DNA of 46,801 nucleotides from Planctomycetota bacterium. Its GTDB lineage: Bacteria; Planctomycetota; Uabimicrobiia; Uabimicrobiales; JABWCH01. Each line of letters starts with the position of its first letter. The first letter of the stretch is position 1. The DNA lies in assembly GCA_022710345.1 (NCBI GenBank), contig JAKLHB010000003.1:1-46801 (forward strand), written 5' to 3'. Of the stretch, positions 35,455-44,290 are shown piece by piece. The translations under genes and the position numbers were made by a program. The notes under the pieces were generated by a model. That model ran no database searches. It was not told where the DNA came from and saw only the letters and a program-made list of their open reading frames with translations.

Positions 35455-37056
35455 ATGAGTATTTATACTGAAGTTCATGATTTTCGAATAACCAAGGTGC
35501 CTCAAAAGCAACAAATCGCTATTGTTCAAATACAGCCAAGGGTACAAGACCCAGGCTATGAAAAACATATCACTGGCTTAATTGCTCAAGCATTATGGGA
35601 ATCCCAATGTGATTGGCTTATTTTACCCAAGGGTGCTGGTAGCGAAAACTTAGATCGTACGATTGCTAAACTAGTCACTCAAGTAGATAGGGATATTGTG
35701 CTCATTTGTGGCAGTTATATACATCAAGATCAAGATCGCTGTACAATATTACTGAAAAGAGGCAAACAATTAAAATGTTTTTTTCAATATCAAATTCTTA
35801 AAAATTCTGCACTCTCTCAACGCCAGCATATTTTTGTAAACACTGGATTTGGTGATTTTGCGATCATCATATGCGATGATATGTTAGAAGAATCTGAGTT
35901 ACTTTATTTCAATCGTTTGGTGGATGTTTTGGTCCTAATAGCGCGCAATGGACAAAACGCAAGCTTAGACAAAAAGCTGAAAAATTATTGCACCCAAGCA
36001 TATCTGATGGTTTGCTATGCCAATCAAGCTGTGATTTCAGAATATGATGAAGACGAATTAAAAATTCAAGGCGGAGAGTCTGGATTTTATCTTCCTTATG
36101 CCCAAGAAGCTGAACAAAAGCAGAAAGAACTACCAACAGGAAAACAAGACATCTGTGTTTTCCCATTTCATGCAGATTTATTTGAGCAAGGCCGCAGACG
36201 CGAGACAGTGAATTATCCCACAGGAGAAGATCCTAAATTCATTGTGCCGCCTTATCCCATTCCTCAGAGATATGAAGAACCTGAACGAGGGAAGACTTAT
36301 TGGGAAAGCATACTGAGTGAATCTCATGCTACCCCGCCATCAGGACTTATCTTAGAGCATTGGCATGCATCCTTAAAAGAACAAGGAAAATGGAAATTCC
36401 AAGAACATATTCAAGACTATACCGTCAATGCTGAATCCACGATTTTAGGACGAAGTAAAAAAAGCAGTATTGTGATTGAAAATGGCAAAGTGAGTGGAAA
36501 GCACATAGAGATTTTTTTACAAAATCAATCTTACTTTTTGAGGGATTTAGATAGCACTGGCGGGACTTTTCTTCTCGAGAAGAAAAGGGTTCGGCTGCTA
36601 GACAAACGCATGGAAATAAAACCAGGTGATCTGTTTTGGCTAGCCAAAAAACATTGTTTATGCATCAAATACAATCCTCAGAACCCAGACCAACCGGCTC
36701 TTTTAGAGCTTTGGGAAAATGAAAATTGCCTTTTCTCTGTACCTATCAAAAGCTATCCTTTTGTGATTGGCACCAGTAATCCAGAACTGATTTTTGCAGA
36801 AGGGGAAGGAGTAAGCAGCGAACATACAAAAATTATCTTTGAAGATGGAAAGTTTTTTTTAGAGGACATGCAGAGTGAAACAGGCACGTATATGTGGACG
36901 AATCCTCCGTATGTTAAGCTTAAAACCAAGCTAACTCCCAATGAACCATTGCCTTTAAGTGATGGTCTTTTATTTTGTCTAGCTTTGGAGGTCTTCTTCA
37001 GAGTTCGGCAAGAAGCGACACCCAAGCTTGAATATGGTTATAGCTTGGAGGAATAA
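35455..37056 (+). CDS. Protein with an N-terminal carbon-nitrogen hydrolase (nitrilase)-like domain (tentative, degenerate) and two C-terminal FHA domains.
   Basis: N-terminal IAIVQIQPRV...WLILPKGAG...GDFAIIICDDMLEE follows the CN-hydrolase strand pattern, with Cys retained but PK where the PE Glu is expected. FHA1 is TILGRSKKSSIVIENGKVSGKHIEIF...LRDLDSTGGTFL. FHA2 is FVIGTSNPELIFAEGEGVSSEHTKIIF...LEDMQSETGTYMW. Confidence 0.6.
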   Translation: MSIYTEVHDFRITKVPQKQQIAIVQIQPRVQDPGYEKHITGLIAQALWESQCDWLILPKGAGSENLDRTIAKLVTQVDRDIVLICGSYIHQDQDRCTILLKRGKQLKCFFQYQILKNSALSQRQHIFVNTGFGDFAIIICDDMLEESELLYFNRLVDVLVLIARNGQNASLDKKLKNYCTQAYLMVCYANQAVISEYDEDELKIQGGESGFYLPYAQEAEQKQKELPTGKQDICVFPFHADLFEQGRRRETVNYPTGEDPKFIVPPYPIPQRYEEPERGKTYWESILSESHATPPSGLILEHWHASLKEQGKWKFQEHIQDYTVNAESTILGRSKKSSIVIENGKVSGKHIEIFLQNQSYFLRDLDSTGGTFLLEKKRVRLLDKRMEIKPGDLFWLAKKHCLCIKYNPQNPDQPALLELWENENCLFSVPIKSYPFVIGTSNPELIFAEGEGVSSEHTKIIFEDGKFFLEDMQSETGTYMWTNPPYVKLKTKLTPNEPLPLSDGLLFCLALEVFFRVRQEATPKLEYGYSLEE

Positions 37057-37097
37057 GCATTGCATCAATAACTTTTTTTTGAAGGAACTTCAGAACG

Positions 37098-37150
37098 GCC
37101 AATTGCAGCAGACGCTGTCGGTTACTTTTTAGCCTTGCAAAACAACACAG
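37098..37150 (+). repeat. Dispersed 3'-flank repeat, copy 1 (copy 2 is at 44080-44131).
   Basis: gccaattgcagcagacgctgtcg (23/23 identical between copies), followed by tt..tagcctt.caaa.caacacag. Both copies lie 20-45 nt after the stop of a plus-strand gene. Confidence 0.75.
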
Positions 37151-37208
37151 CAAAGCAAGTGAATTGTCTTTGAATGTTTTCTCTAAGCAGGTTTTTATTG
37201 TAATGGAT

Positions 37209-37243
37209 ACAAAAACAACCTCGCAAATTTGCGAGGTTGTTTG
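37209..37243 (-). terminator. Intrinsic terminator of the minus-strand kinase gene.
   Basis: aacaacctcgc (37214-37224) / aaattt / gcgaggttgtt (37231-37241). A short T-run follows on the minus strand. It begins 7 nt after the stop at 37249-37251. Confidence 0.6.
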
Positions 37244-37248
37244 AAGGC

Positions 37249-38787
37249 TTATGTCGCCAATATAACAATCATGATGATCAAAAGCATAATCATCACTGCA
37301 ATCACTGCCAATTTCCAGTGCGCCTTAATTCCTTGTCCATGTAATATGTTTTGTTCGCTTGAGTTGAGAAATGCAGGAAATGCTTTAGTATGGCGTTTGC
37401 GGTGATCTACAAGAATAACGCTGTCAAAGTTTGGAGACCCATCTTCAATCAAATATTCTTCCACCATATCTTGGCGGCGCTTAATGGTAGAAGTGGTTGT
37501 TTCAATGAATTTGCATATCTCTGAATCTTGAAACGAAGCTTTTGCTGATTCAACCGGCTTTGCTGGTATTACAGGCTGAGGGATTGCTGTTGGAGTGACA
37601 GGTTGAGGACTTGTTGTTGGGGTTGTAGCAACAGGCATTGCTAATGGAGTTGCAGGCTGCTGTGCCATTGCAGAGGTTGGCATCTTAGGCTTTCGCACAG
37701 CCTCTGTTACTCCATAGCTGTCTTTAATTCTCAGCAACGCATGAGGAGCATAGCAATTCTGCAATCTTTGAAGGTCGTCCAAAAGTTGGTCTGGTGTTTG
37801 ATAGCGATCTTCGGGTGATTTTGCTAGCATCATTTCCAAAATAGAAGAAAATCCTACGGACAATTGGCTGCGCATCTCAATTGGGGGAATCAGAGGATCA
37901 TGACGATGCCGGTTGAGCACAACAGCGCTATTCGGCCCATCAAACGGCACATTGCCCACTACCATATGGTACATGGTGGCACCCAACGAGTAAATATCGC
38001 TACGGCCATCAATTTTTTTGCCATCAGCGGCTTCTGGAGAAATATAAAAAGGTGTTCCCATCACTGCGCCGGTTTTTGTTAGTGCCAGGTCGTCACGTGT
38101 CCAATCTCTTGCTAATCCAAGATCACATAACTTTGCTACACCATTTTTGGTAAGCATGATGTTGTCTGGCTTGATATCGCGATGCACCAGGTTAAAACTT
38201 GCTGCATGCTGAAGTGCAGAAGCCATCTGAAGCATAATTTTGATAGCAAGCGGTTCTGAAAAAACGCCATTTTCTTTTAAAATTGCGCGTAAATTACGCC
38301 CATCTACAAATTCCATCACATAAAAAAAGAAATCGTGGGTAGCCTCATACCCTACTTCCAAACCCTTGACAATATTTGGATGATTGAGTTTATTGATACA
38401 CAGTTGGGCTTCTTGGATAAATCGTTGCGCAGTGGCTTTCCGTTTACCAAGATGAGGGAATAAAATTTTGATTGCTACATGATCATTCTCATGGTTTAAA
38501 TCAATGGCACTATAGACTTCCCCCATAGCGCCTTCCCCCAATTTTTTGACGATGCGATAGCCTGGGATCAGTTCCTCGTCGCCGCCTCGATATTCATGCA
38601 ATAACGCGCTGATTTGCTTAGCATCTAGAAACCCTTTTTCTACAATAACTTTGTCCATGGTTTTTTCGATACCAAGTCCACGCAAAGCTTCTTGCACACT
38701 TAGGCAGACTTGAATTGCAGAAGGCGGCAGCACTTTTTTGGTTTCCACCAAAAATTTCAAAAATGCTTTTTCTTCGTCGGTGTTCAT
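37249..38787 (-). CDS. Ser/Thr protein kinase (catalytically intact Hanks type) with an N-terminal GspE_N-like helical module and a C-terminal tail anchor.
   Basis: LGEGAMGEVY, VAIKIL, HRDIKPDNIML, CDLGLA (DLG variant), YISPE, DIYSLG. The C-terminal TM helix WKLAVIAVMIMLLIIMIVILAT ends the protein. Confidence 0.85.
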   Translation of the reverse strand: MNTDEEKAFLKFLVETKKVLPPSAIQVCLSVQEALRGLGIEKTMDKVIVEKGFLDAKQISALLHEYRGGDEELIPGYRIVKKLGEGAMGEVYSAIDLNHENDHVAIKILFPHLGKRKATAQRFIQEAQLCINKLNHPNIVKGLEVGYEATHDFFFYVMEFVDGRNLRAILKENGVFSEPLAIKIMLQMASALQHAASFNLVHRDIKPDNIMLTKNGVAKLCDLGLARDWTRDDLALTKTGAVMGTPFYISPEAADGKKIDGRSDIYSLGATMYHMVVGNVPFDGPNSAVVLNRHRHDPLIPPIEMRSQLSVGFSSILEMMLAKSPEDRYQTPDQLLDDLQRLQNCYAPHALLRIKDSYGVTEAVRKPKMPTSAMAQQPATPLAMPVATTPTTSPQPVTPTAIPQPVIPAKPVESAKASFQDSEICKFIETTTSTIKRRQDMVEEYLIEDGSPNFDSVILVDHRKRHTKAFPAFLNSSEQNILHGQGIKAHWKLAVIAVMIMLLIIMIVILAT

Positions 38788-38811
38788 AAATAATTAAAGT
38801 CCAAAGACTTG

Positions 38812-39393
38812 CTATTTTAGTTTCTTACCACAAGCCTGGCAAACACCCTTTTGTGCTGCGCAAGCAGAGCAATACTTAAATCCAATACTTTCTGTTGTAC
38901 CTTTGCAAGCAGAACATTCACCAAGTGCGGTGGCAAACATTTTATTGCAGCACTCTGAGCAAAGTTGAATTTCTGGTTGTGGATTCATAATTTTTTCAAC
39001 TGTTTGTAAAAAATGATTACCTTCATCTTTAAGAACAAATGGAGTTACTTTACCTTGACACATATAAACTCCATTGAACCAATGATCTTTGACCAATTCA
39101 ATGACTAAAATATCATGTTGAACTGAAAAAAACGTTAGCCTGCCTTCTACTGTTGGAAGAGACCTTTGATCTGGATTTTCCAAAGCAAGCACTTTTTTTG
39201 CTTGTTCTAACAGATTACGTCCATCATTTAATGAAATTTTCTGAATATTTTCATTTTGCTGTACCAAAACTTCAGCAAGCCCTTTTTCACTTAAATCAAT
39301 GAGCTTTTCTTGCCATACTTCATTTGGTTGTCCAACAGCCATCTGAATGCCTAATAAAACAACCAAACTGAATATCCGTATGTATTGTCCCAT
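38812..39393 (-). CDS. Secreted hypothetical protein with a C-terminal four-CxxC (double zinc-ribbon-like) module.
   Basis: Signal-peptide-like N-terminus MGQYIRIFSLVVLLGIQMAVGQ. The C-terminus is CSECC...CSAC...CSAC...CQAC. It lies 24 nt upstream of the kinase gene on the same strand. Confidence 0.5.
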   Translation of the reverse strand: MGQYIRIFSLVVLLGIQMAVGQPNEVWQEKLIDLSEKGLAEVLVQQNENIQKISLNDGRNLLEQAKKVLALENPDQRSLPTVEGRLTFFSVQHDILVIELVKDHWFNGVYMCQGKVTPFVLKDEGNHFLQTVEKIMNPQPEIQLCSECCNKMFATALGECSACKGTTESIGFKYCSACAAQKGVCQACGKKLK

Positions 39394-39549
39394 GTTACAT
39401 TCCTTTCCGTTCCTTGAAATTGAGATAAGTCCACAATGAGTTATTGGGAACCTAAGTTGCTAGTTGCAAACTAGGCTATTGGGATTATGGCATAAATTTT
39501 TGAGTGCTGTCAACAAAAATCTATAGAAATTTCTTTCTTTCAAAAAACT

Positions 39550-40092
39550 ATGAAACAAAACGACTGCCTGGAGGCAATTTTGCTAATCGGTTCATCCGGA
39601 AGTGGCAAAACGAAAACTGCTTATAAATATTATGGATACGCAAAAGAAAAGCGTATGCATGTAGGAGGGATCGTATGCCCTGGAACTTTTGTGAATGGTC
39701 AGCGATTTGCTTTTACAGTGTTGGATCTTCTGACAGGAAAGCAAGTTGCACTTGCAGAAAGAGACATGGAATCGGCTTTTCAAGCTGGCCCTTTTGGTTT
39801 TCATGCTGAAGGACTTGCATTTGGAAATCAGGCCATTGAAAATGCCATCCAGCAACATGTAGAGCTGCTCATCTTAGATGAAGTAGGCCCTTATGAATGC
39901 CAGGGCAATGGATGGGCGTATGCCCTAAAAAAAGTAGTAGCCGCATCCATCCCACAACTACTCATTACCATACGTCCCAAAGTAGTTGATTTAGTATGCT
40001 CTCTATTTTTAGAGAATTATAGTATCCGTCGAATTGCTGTAGAAAATGCTCAGCAAATTGGATACCAATGGAATTTTGAAACGCACTTGTAG
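39550..40092 (+). CDS. Small P-loop NTPase (THEP1 / DUF2478-like).
   Basis: Walker A GSSGSGKT, Walker B LLILDEVGPYE, ~180 aa single domain. Confidence 0.6.
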   Translation: MKQNDCLEAILLIGSSGSGKTKTAYKYYGYAKEKRMHVGGIVCPGTFVNGQRFAFTVLDLLTGKQVALAERDMESAFQAGPFGFHAEGLAFGNQAIENAIQQHVELLILDEVGPYECQGNGWAYALKKVVAASIPQLLITIRPKVVDLVCSLFLENYSIRRIAVENAQQIGYQWNFETHL

Positions 40093-40164
40093 GATAACAC
40101 TAGACACGTTTGTAGGATAAACATTGTGTATTTTTAAAGATCTTTTCCATAGAAAGTTGAGCTT

Positions 40165-40689
40165 ATGAGAATCTATGTTCTAGCATGCCTTACTTTGCTC
40201 ATTTTAGGCTGTGGGTCCTTGGAAATGTCCGTAGATTTATCTCGGGATTTAAGCGCAGAAGAAATGGCTGAAATCATCAAATGGCCGAAAGACCCGCATG
40301 GGGATGAATCTTACATTCATGGCGCTCCAACAAATCCTTCTGCATCTAAAAGTTACCCTATTTTACCATTCTATTTTTCGCAAACAGGCATTGGCAAAAC
40401 AGAGACAGGATATGCTGCGTATAAACGCTACGAAGTGTTGCTAGTGGAAACTGGCTCATCCTTGCTGTACAATGAACAAGGAAAACGTAGGGTAGAAACC
40501 AACCGATTTATTTTTTTCCCTTTGTTCAAAACTGTGAACACAACAAGCCTTGCGACTGGGGCCACTATTTCTCATGAATTTGGAATATTTCCTCTTCCAT
40601 TTATAGGCAGCATGTTTAGCTTTGGCCGTACACCCAATGGGCCAATTTACAGCATTTTTTTCATTCCACTTGGCAGTGGATGGGATTAA
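40165..40689 (+). CDS. Putative lipoprotein, function unknown.
   Basis: MRIYVLACLTLLILGCGS is a signal peptide with a lipobox-like ILGC. Its stop codon overlaps the stop of the convergent PHP gene (TTAA at 40686-40689). Confidence 0.5.
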   Translation: MRIYVLACLTLLILGCGSLEMSVDLSRDLSAEEMAEIIKWPKDPHGDESYIHGAPTNPSASKSYPILPFYFSQTGIGKTETGYAAYKRYEVLLVETGSSLLYNEQGKRRVETNRFIFFPLFKTVNTTSLATGATISHEFGIFPLPFIGSMFSFGRTPNGPIYSIFFIPLGSGWD

Positions 40690-41702
40690 ACCAAAACTGT
40701 TTTAGCAGTTCGAAAGCAACTATGGATATGAGCAATAGCCTGCTTCCATTGTTGCTTTTTTTGTTCTATAGGAACATCCTGCCGTAATATTTCCTGTGTG
40801 CTTTTCGCCTTCAGATAATTGGCAAATCGTACTTCCCACTGAGCAAGTTTTTCTTGAGAAACTTTAGATTGATGGAGCATAGAAGCTTGAGGAATGGTGT
40901 GCCAGGCAGGGGCAAAAATCATTTGCATAAATTCTAATAACTCATTCAGGCTCCATTCTTTATGCCAATTCCATTCCGAATGCCAAAGTTGTTCCATTTT
41001 TTCTCGATAAAAACTTTTGCTCCATTGCCATAAGCTCGAAATTTCGCTTTTTTCAAATAGTTCAGGCGATGTTAGTCCTACCGTGACTTTTTTTGCTTGT
41101 ATGGCAGCAAAAAATTCTTCCACTGTGCTACTATCAGAAGACTCTGTATATGCTCTTTTCCCCAAAGCCACGTCGCCAGTACCACCAATGACGGCCAATC
41201 CATAATATTTGGCAAGATTTCCAGGAAAATCAGAGTGAGTCCCGGATGCATCCAACACAGCGATTGCATCAAAAAAACGCAAGGCATCTTCTAATAATTC
41301 AGATGCGTACGGATGTTCTGGCGGAATACCAGTACCTAAATGGGCCAAATAAAAAGGAAGATGATGCTCCTTTAATACCATGGTAAAATACCCCAACCCT
41401 CTATGTCGAGCGCGAAGCAATAATTGATGAATCTTTTCTGTTAAATTTAAAACAACCACAGAAATAAATGTTCCTTCTTCGCCATCCACCCGATATTCAC
41501 ATCCAATCAGGATTTTTTGAGGATATTCTTTGGCCCAATGCAAAGCTGCTGCAATATCATGATGATTCGTGATCGCCAGACCATCCAATTGATGATATTG
41601 CAAATCATAAAGATATGCCTCTTGTGTTGCTTTTGATGAATTTTGCTGGATTTCCAAAAATTTCTTGATGGAGCTGGTGTGGTTGTGCAAATCAAATCGC
41701 AT
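40686..41702 (-). CDS. PHP-domain (polymerase/histidinol phosphatase-like) metal-dependent phosphoesterase.
   Basis: ATG 41702 gives MRFDLHNHTSS (the DxHxH motif at the N-terminus), then AITNHHD and LAHLGTG. The tracked ORF extension to 41816 runs into the tRNA gene. Confidence 0.65.
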   Translation of the reverse strand: MRFDLHNHTSSIKKFLEIQQNSSKATQEAYLYDLQYHQLDGLAITNHHDIAAALHWAKEYPQKILIGCEYRVDGEEGTFISVVVLNLTEKIHQLLLRARHRGLGYFTMVLKEHHLPFYLAHLGTGIPPEHPYASELLEDALRFFDAIAVLDASGTHSDFPGNLAKYYGLAVIGGTGDVALGKRAYTESSDSSTVEEFFAAIQAKKVTVGLTSPELFEKSEISSLWQWSKSFYREKMEQLWHSEWNWHKEWSLNELLEFMQMIFAPAWHTIPQASMLHQSKVSQEKLAQWEVRFANYLKAKSTQEILRQDVPIEQKKQQWKQAIAHIHSCFRTAKTVLV

Positions 41703-41771
41703 ACAGCCTCTCCTGCCAGCAAAAATGCTGACTTCTAATACAAAAAGCCTGGGATATACTCCCAGGCCTTC

Positions 41772-41850
41772 TGGTCGGGGCGACTGGATTCGAACCAGCG
41801 ACCTCTTGAACCCCATTCAAGCACGCTAAGCCAAACTGCGCCACGCCCCG
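41772..41850 (-). tRNA. tRNA-Pro (anticodon GGG) with encoded CCA.
   Basis: The reverse complement CGGGGCGTGGCGCAGTTTGGCTTAGCGTGCTTGAATGGGGTTCAAGAGGTCGCTGGTTCGAATCCAGTCGCCCCGACCA folds as a cloverleaf. It has a 7-bp acceptor stem with C1-G72 and A73, the anticodon stem CTTGA/TCAAG, the loop A-T-GGG-G-T, and a T-arm GCTGG-TTCGAAT-CCAGT. Confidence 0.9.
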
Positions 41851-41990
41851 ATTGTCAATTTTATTATAACATTTTTCTAAAAAAATGCAAGAAAAAATTT
41901 TTCAGAAAATAAAAAAAATTTTAATATTATGTGGATCAATAAATTAAGCTATTTACATAATCAAACTTTACGTGTTTAGGAATAATCAAC

Positions 41991-42019
41991 TGGTCAAATT
42001 GCTTCAATTTTTATATAAT
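41991..42019 (+). promoter_or_regulatory. Candidate sigma70 promoter for the MBL-rhodanese gene.
   Basis: TGGTCA (41991-41996), a 17-nt spacer, then TATAAT (42014-42019), ~60 nt upstream of the ATG at 42081. Confidence 0.3.
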
Positions 42020-42080
42020 TTTTGATGAATTTTTATAGCTTGTTTGCTCAAAATACCTTTTGAAAAACAAGGAGCTTTTT

Positions 42081-44060
42081 ATGCAAACTCGATTATTTTT
42101 TATCTTTTTTGCCTGCGTACTCACTGTTCTTTTTGCCCAAATCAAAGATACAGAGTCCGCAACACATGGAGATACAGCAGCTTCGTATCAAGTTGTGGAC
42201 ACATATCCATTCTTGAATGGCAAAGTCATTCAGCTCAATCTAGCCGTGCTATCCCATTATTCCTACTTACTCATCAGCGAGCAGGAAGCTGTTGTGATAG
42301 ACCCAGGCAGGGATGTATTCACCTATCTGGATATTGCCAAAAAGGAAAATGTCCAAATCAAAGCAATTTTGCTAACCCACTCGCATGCTGATTTTGTGGC
42401 TGGCCATTTAGAGCTAGCCGGTCGAATTCCTGCATTGGTGTATGTACATAGCCTAAGCAACGTAGAATATCAACATCAACCATGGAAAGAAGGAGATACG
42501 CTGAATGTAGGAAAAATGGTACTCAAACTCATAGCCACCCCAGGCCATACACCAGACAGCGCGTGCATTTATGCTTATGCTGATGCAAAAGCAGAGATGC
42601 CTGACTTTGTCTTCACAGGAGATACCCTTTTTGTAGGCAGTGTGGGCCGACCAGATTTATTAGAAGGCCAAATGTCTGCTGCCAATCTGGCATCCATGAT
42701 GTTTGATACATGGCATGGGAAACTGTCCAAACTCAACGATTCTGTCAAAATTTTTCCTGCGCATGGTGCAGGATCTTTATGCGGAGCCCATTTGAGCGAT
42801 CAGCCTTATTCAACCATTGGAGAACAACGCAAAACCAATTCTTATTTGCAGTACACTGCACGCAATGAATTTATCGCAGCAATCCTCGATGGATTACCCG
42901 AGGCACCTCAGTATTTTAAACACAATGCAGCCCTCAATCGCAAGGGGCCGGAATTGATCGAGTGGCAAGCTCCATTGCCTCAGCCATTACCAACCAGTAT
43001 GGCCTTAGCTGACATTGCCCAATATTACGTTGTTGATTTAAGGAGCGCAACTGAATACGCAGCCGGCCATATTCCAAATTCTGTAAATATTGGCCTACGT
43101 GGCCGATTGGAGACATGGGTTGGCATCATGGTGCCCTGGAATGCAAACTTAGTGCTCACAGGCGCTGAATCTGAATTGATCGAAGCGATCTATCGTTTGC
43201 ACAGAGTTGGCTACAAAGCCCAGATTATGCCCATGAATTTATGGACAGCCGCCCAGTTGCCTTTGTCCAAAAACCAGCCAATCCAACCCAATGCCCTACA
43301 TGACCTCATGAAAAAAGGCCAGGCACCTATGATTGTGGATGTCCGTCTTCCCAATGAATGGATGGCCTTACGCATTGGCACAATTGTCAACCTACCCTTA
43401 AACCACTTAGCTGAATTATCCAGCAAGCTTTCTCCTGATCAACCTGTGGTGACAGTCTGCAATTCTGCATACCGTTCGAGCATGGCCATTGGCATCTTAG
43501 AACGCAAAGGCTTTACACAAGTCAGTAGCCTAGAAGGAGGCAGCGAAGCCTGGGTAAATGCAGGCTTACCAGTGTATAAAGTAGATCAGCCAGGTCATGC
43601 CCCTGCAAGTCTTCCACAAAAACAAATCACATTGCCAGAACGTTTGGATGCTGCTGGTCTGCAACGCTTGATCCTGGATTTGCCAGGCACTTTTGATTTA
43701 GTGGACATTCGGCCACAAGCTCAGTACCAGGATTACCATATCCCTGGCTCAAAAAATGTAGATATTGCTGAACTCATCCAGAATCCAGCATACCTGGTCG
43801 GAGTCGGCCCATTGATCATTGTGGACCGAGATGGCTCACTTGCTATGATCGTTGCCGGTATTCTGTCCCAAAAAACCCAGCGGCCCATTCAAGCATTGTA
43901 TGGCGGATTGCAAGAGTATTGGAATAAAATTGAATTCCCTCCAACAAGACTCCCTAAGATGGGGAGGCAGCCACCAATACCCCAGGTAGCGCCACCTGTT
44001 ATACCACAATCACCCCAGCCTCCCCCAACACCTTCCAAGAAGAAGAGCGCGGGCTGTTAA
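42081..44060 (+). CDS. Signal-peptide-bearing metallo-beta-lactamase-fold protein (persulfide dioxygenase/glyoxalase II-like) fused to three rhodanese domains, only the middle one with an active-site Cys.
   Basis: ATG 42081 is preceded by AAGGAG. The N-terminus is MQTRLFFIFFACVLTVLFAQ. MBL motifs are THSHADF, PGHTPDS, FTGDTLF, PAHGAGS. Rhodanese 2 has the loop VTVCNSAYRS. Rhodanese 1 (VLTGAES) and rhodanese 3 (IVDRDGS) lack the Cys. Confidence 0.75.
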   Translation: MQTRLFFIFFACVLTVLFAQIKDTESATHGDTAASYQVVDTYPFLNGKVIQLNLAVLSHYSYLLISEQEAVVIDPGRDVFTYLDIAKKENVQIKAILLTHSHADFVAGHLELAGRIPALVYVHSLSNVEYQHQPWKEGDTLNVGKMVLKLIATPGHTPDSACIYAYADAKAEMPDFVFTGDTLFVGSVGRPDLLEGQMSAANLASMMFDTWHGKLSKLNDSVKIFPAHGAGSLCGAHLSDQPYSTIGEQRKTNSYLQYTARNEFIAAILDGLPEAPQYFKHNAALNRKGPELIEWQAPLPQPLPTSMALADIAQYYVVDLRSATEYAAGHIPNSVNIGLRGRLETWVGIMVPWNANLVLTGAESELIEAIYRLHRVGYKAQIMPMNLWTAAQLPLSKNQPIQPNALHDLMKKGQAPMIVDVRLPNEWMALRIGTIVNLPLNHLAELSSKLSPDQPVVTVCNSAYRSSMAIGILERKGFTQVSSLEGGSEAWVNAGLPVYKVDQPGHAPASLPQKQITLPERLDAAGLQRLILDLPGTFDLVDIRPQAQYQDYHIPGSKNVDIAELIQNPAYLVGVGPLIIVDRDGSLAMIVAGILSQKTQRPIQALYGGLQEYWNKIEFPPTRLPKMGRQPPIPQVAPPVIPQSPQPPPTPSKKKSAGC

Positions 44061-44079
44061 TGATACATTGGGCTATTCC

Positions 44080-44131
44080 GCCAATTGCAGCAGACGCTGT
44101 CGAACGATTTCTAGCCTTCAAAGCAACACAG
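44080..44131 (+). repeat. Dispersed 3'-flank repeat, copy 2 (see 37098-37150).
   Basis: gccaattgcagcagacgctgtcgaacgatttctagccttcaaagcaacacag, starting 20 nt after the stop at 44060. Confidence 0.75.
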
Positions 44132-44290
44132 TTGAGCCCGAAAATTTCCTTTGGACGGTTTCTGGGGCGCTGCTGAATTGGCACAGGGCAGTTTTTATAA
44201 CAAGATATCAATTACCATACCGGCGCTGGTACTCATACGCAGCATATTATGCGGTGGTATGCTATGTCGCATTGCAATGGTCGTCGTTCT

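Noticed and set aside
41703-41816. N-terminal extension of the PHP-domain ORF (MGFKRSLVRIQSPRPEG...).
   Set aside because: This part of the ORF is the translation of the tRNA-Pro gene and its flank on the same strand. The PHP domain begins at the internal Met (MRFDLHNHT).
41772-41850. tRNA-Pro as an integration site for a genomic island.
   Set aside because: No integrase, no phage or plasmid genes and no duplicated tRNA 3' segment were noticed by eye on either side. The neighbours are ordinary chromosomal genes.
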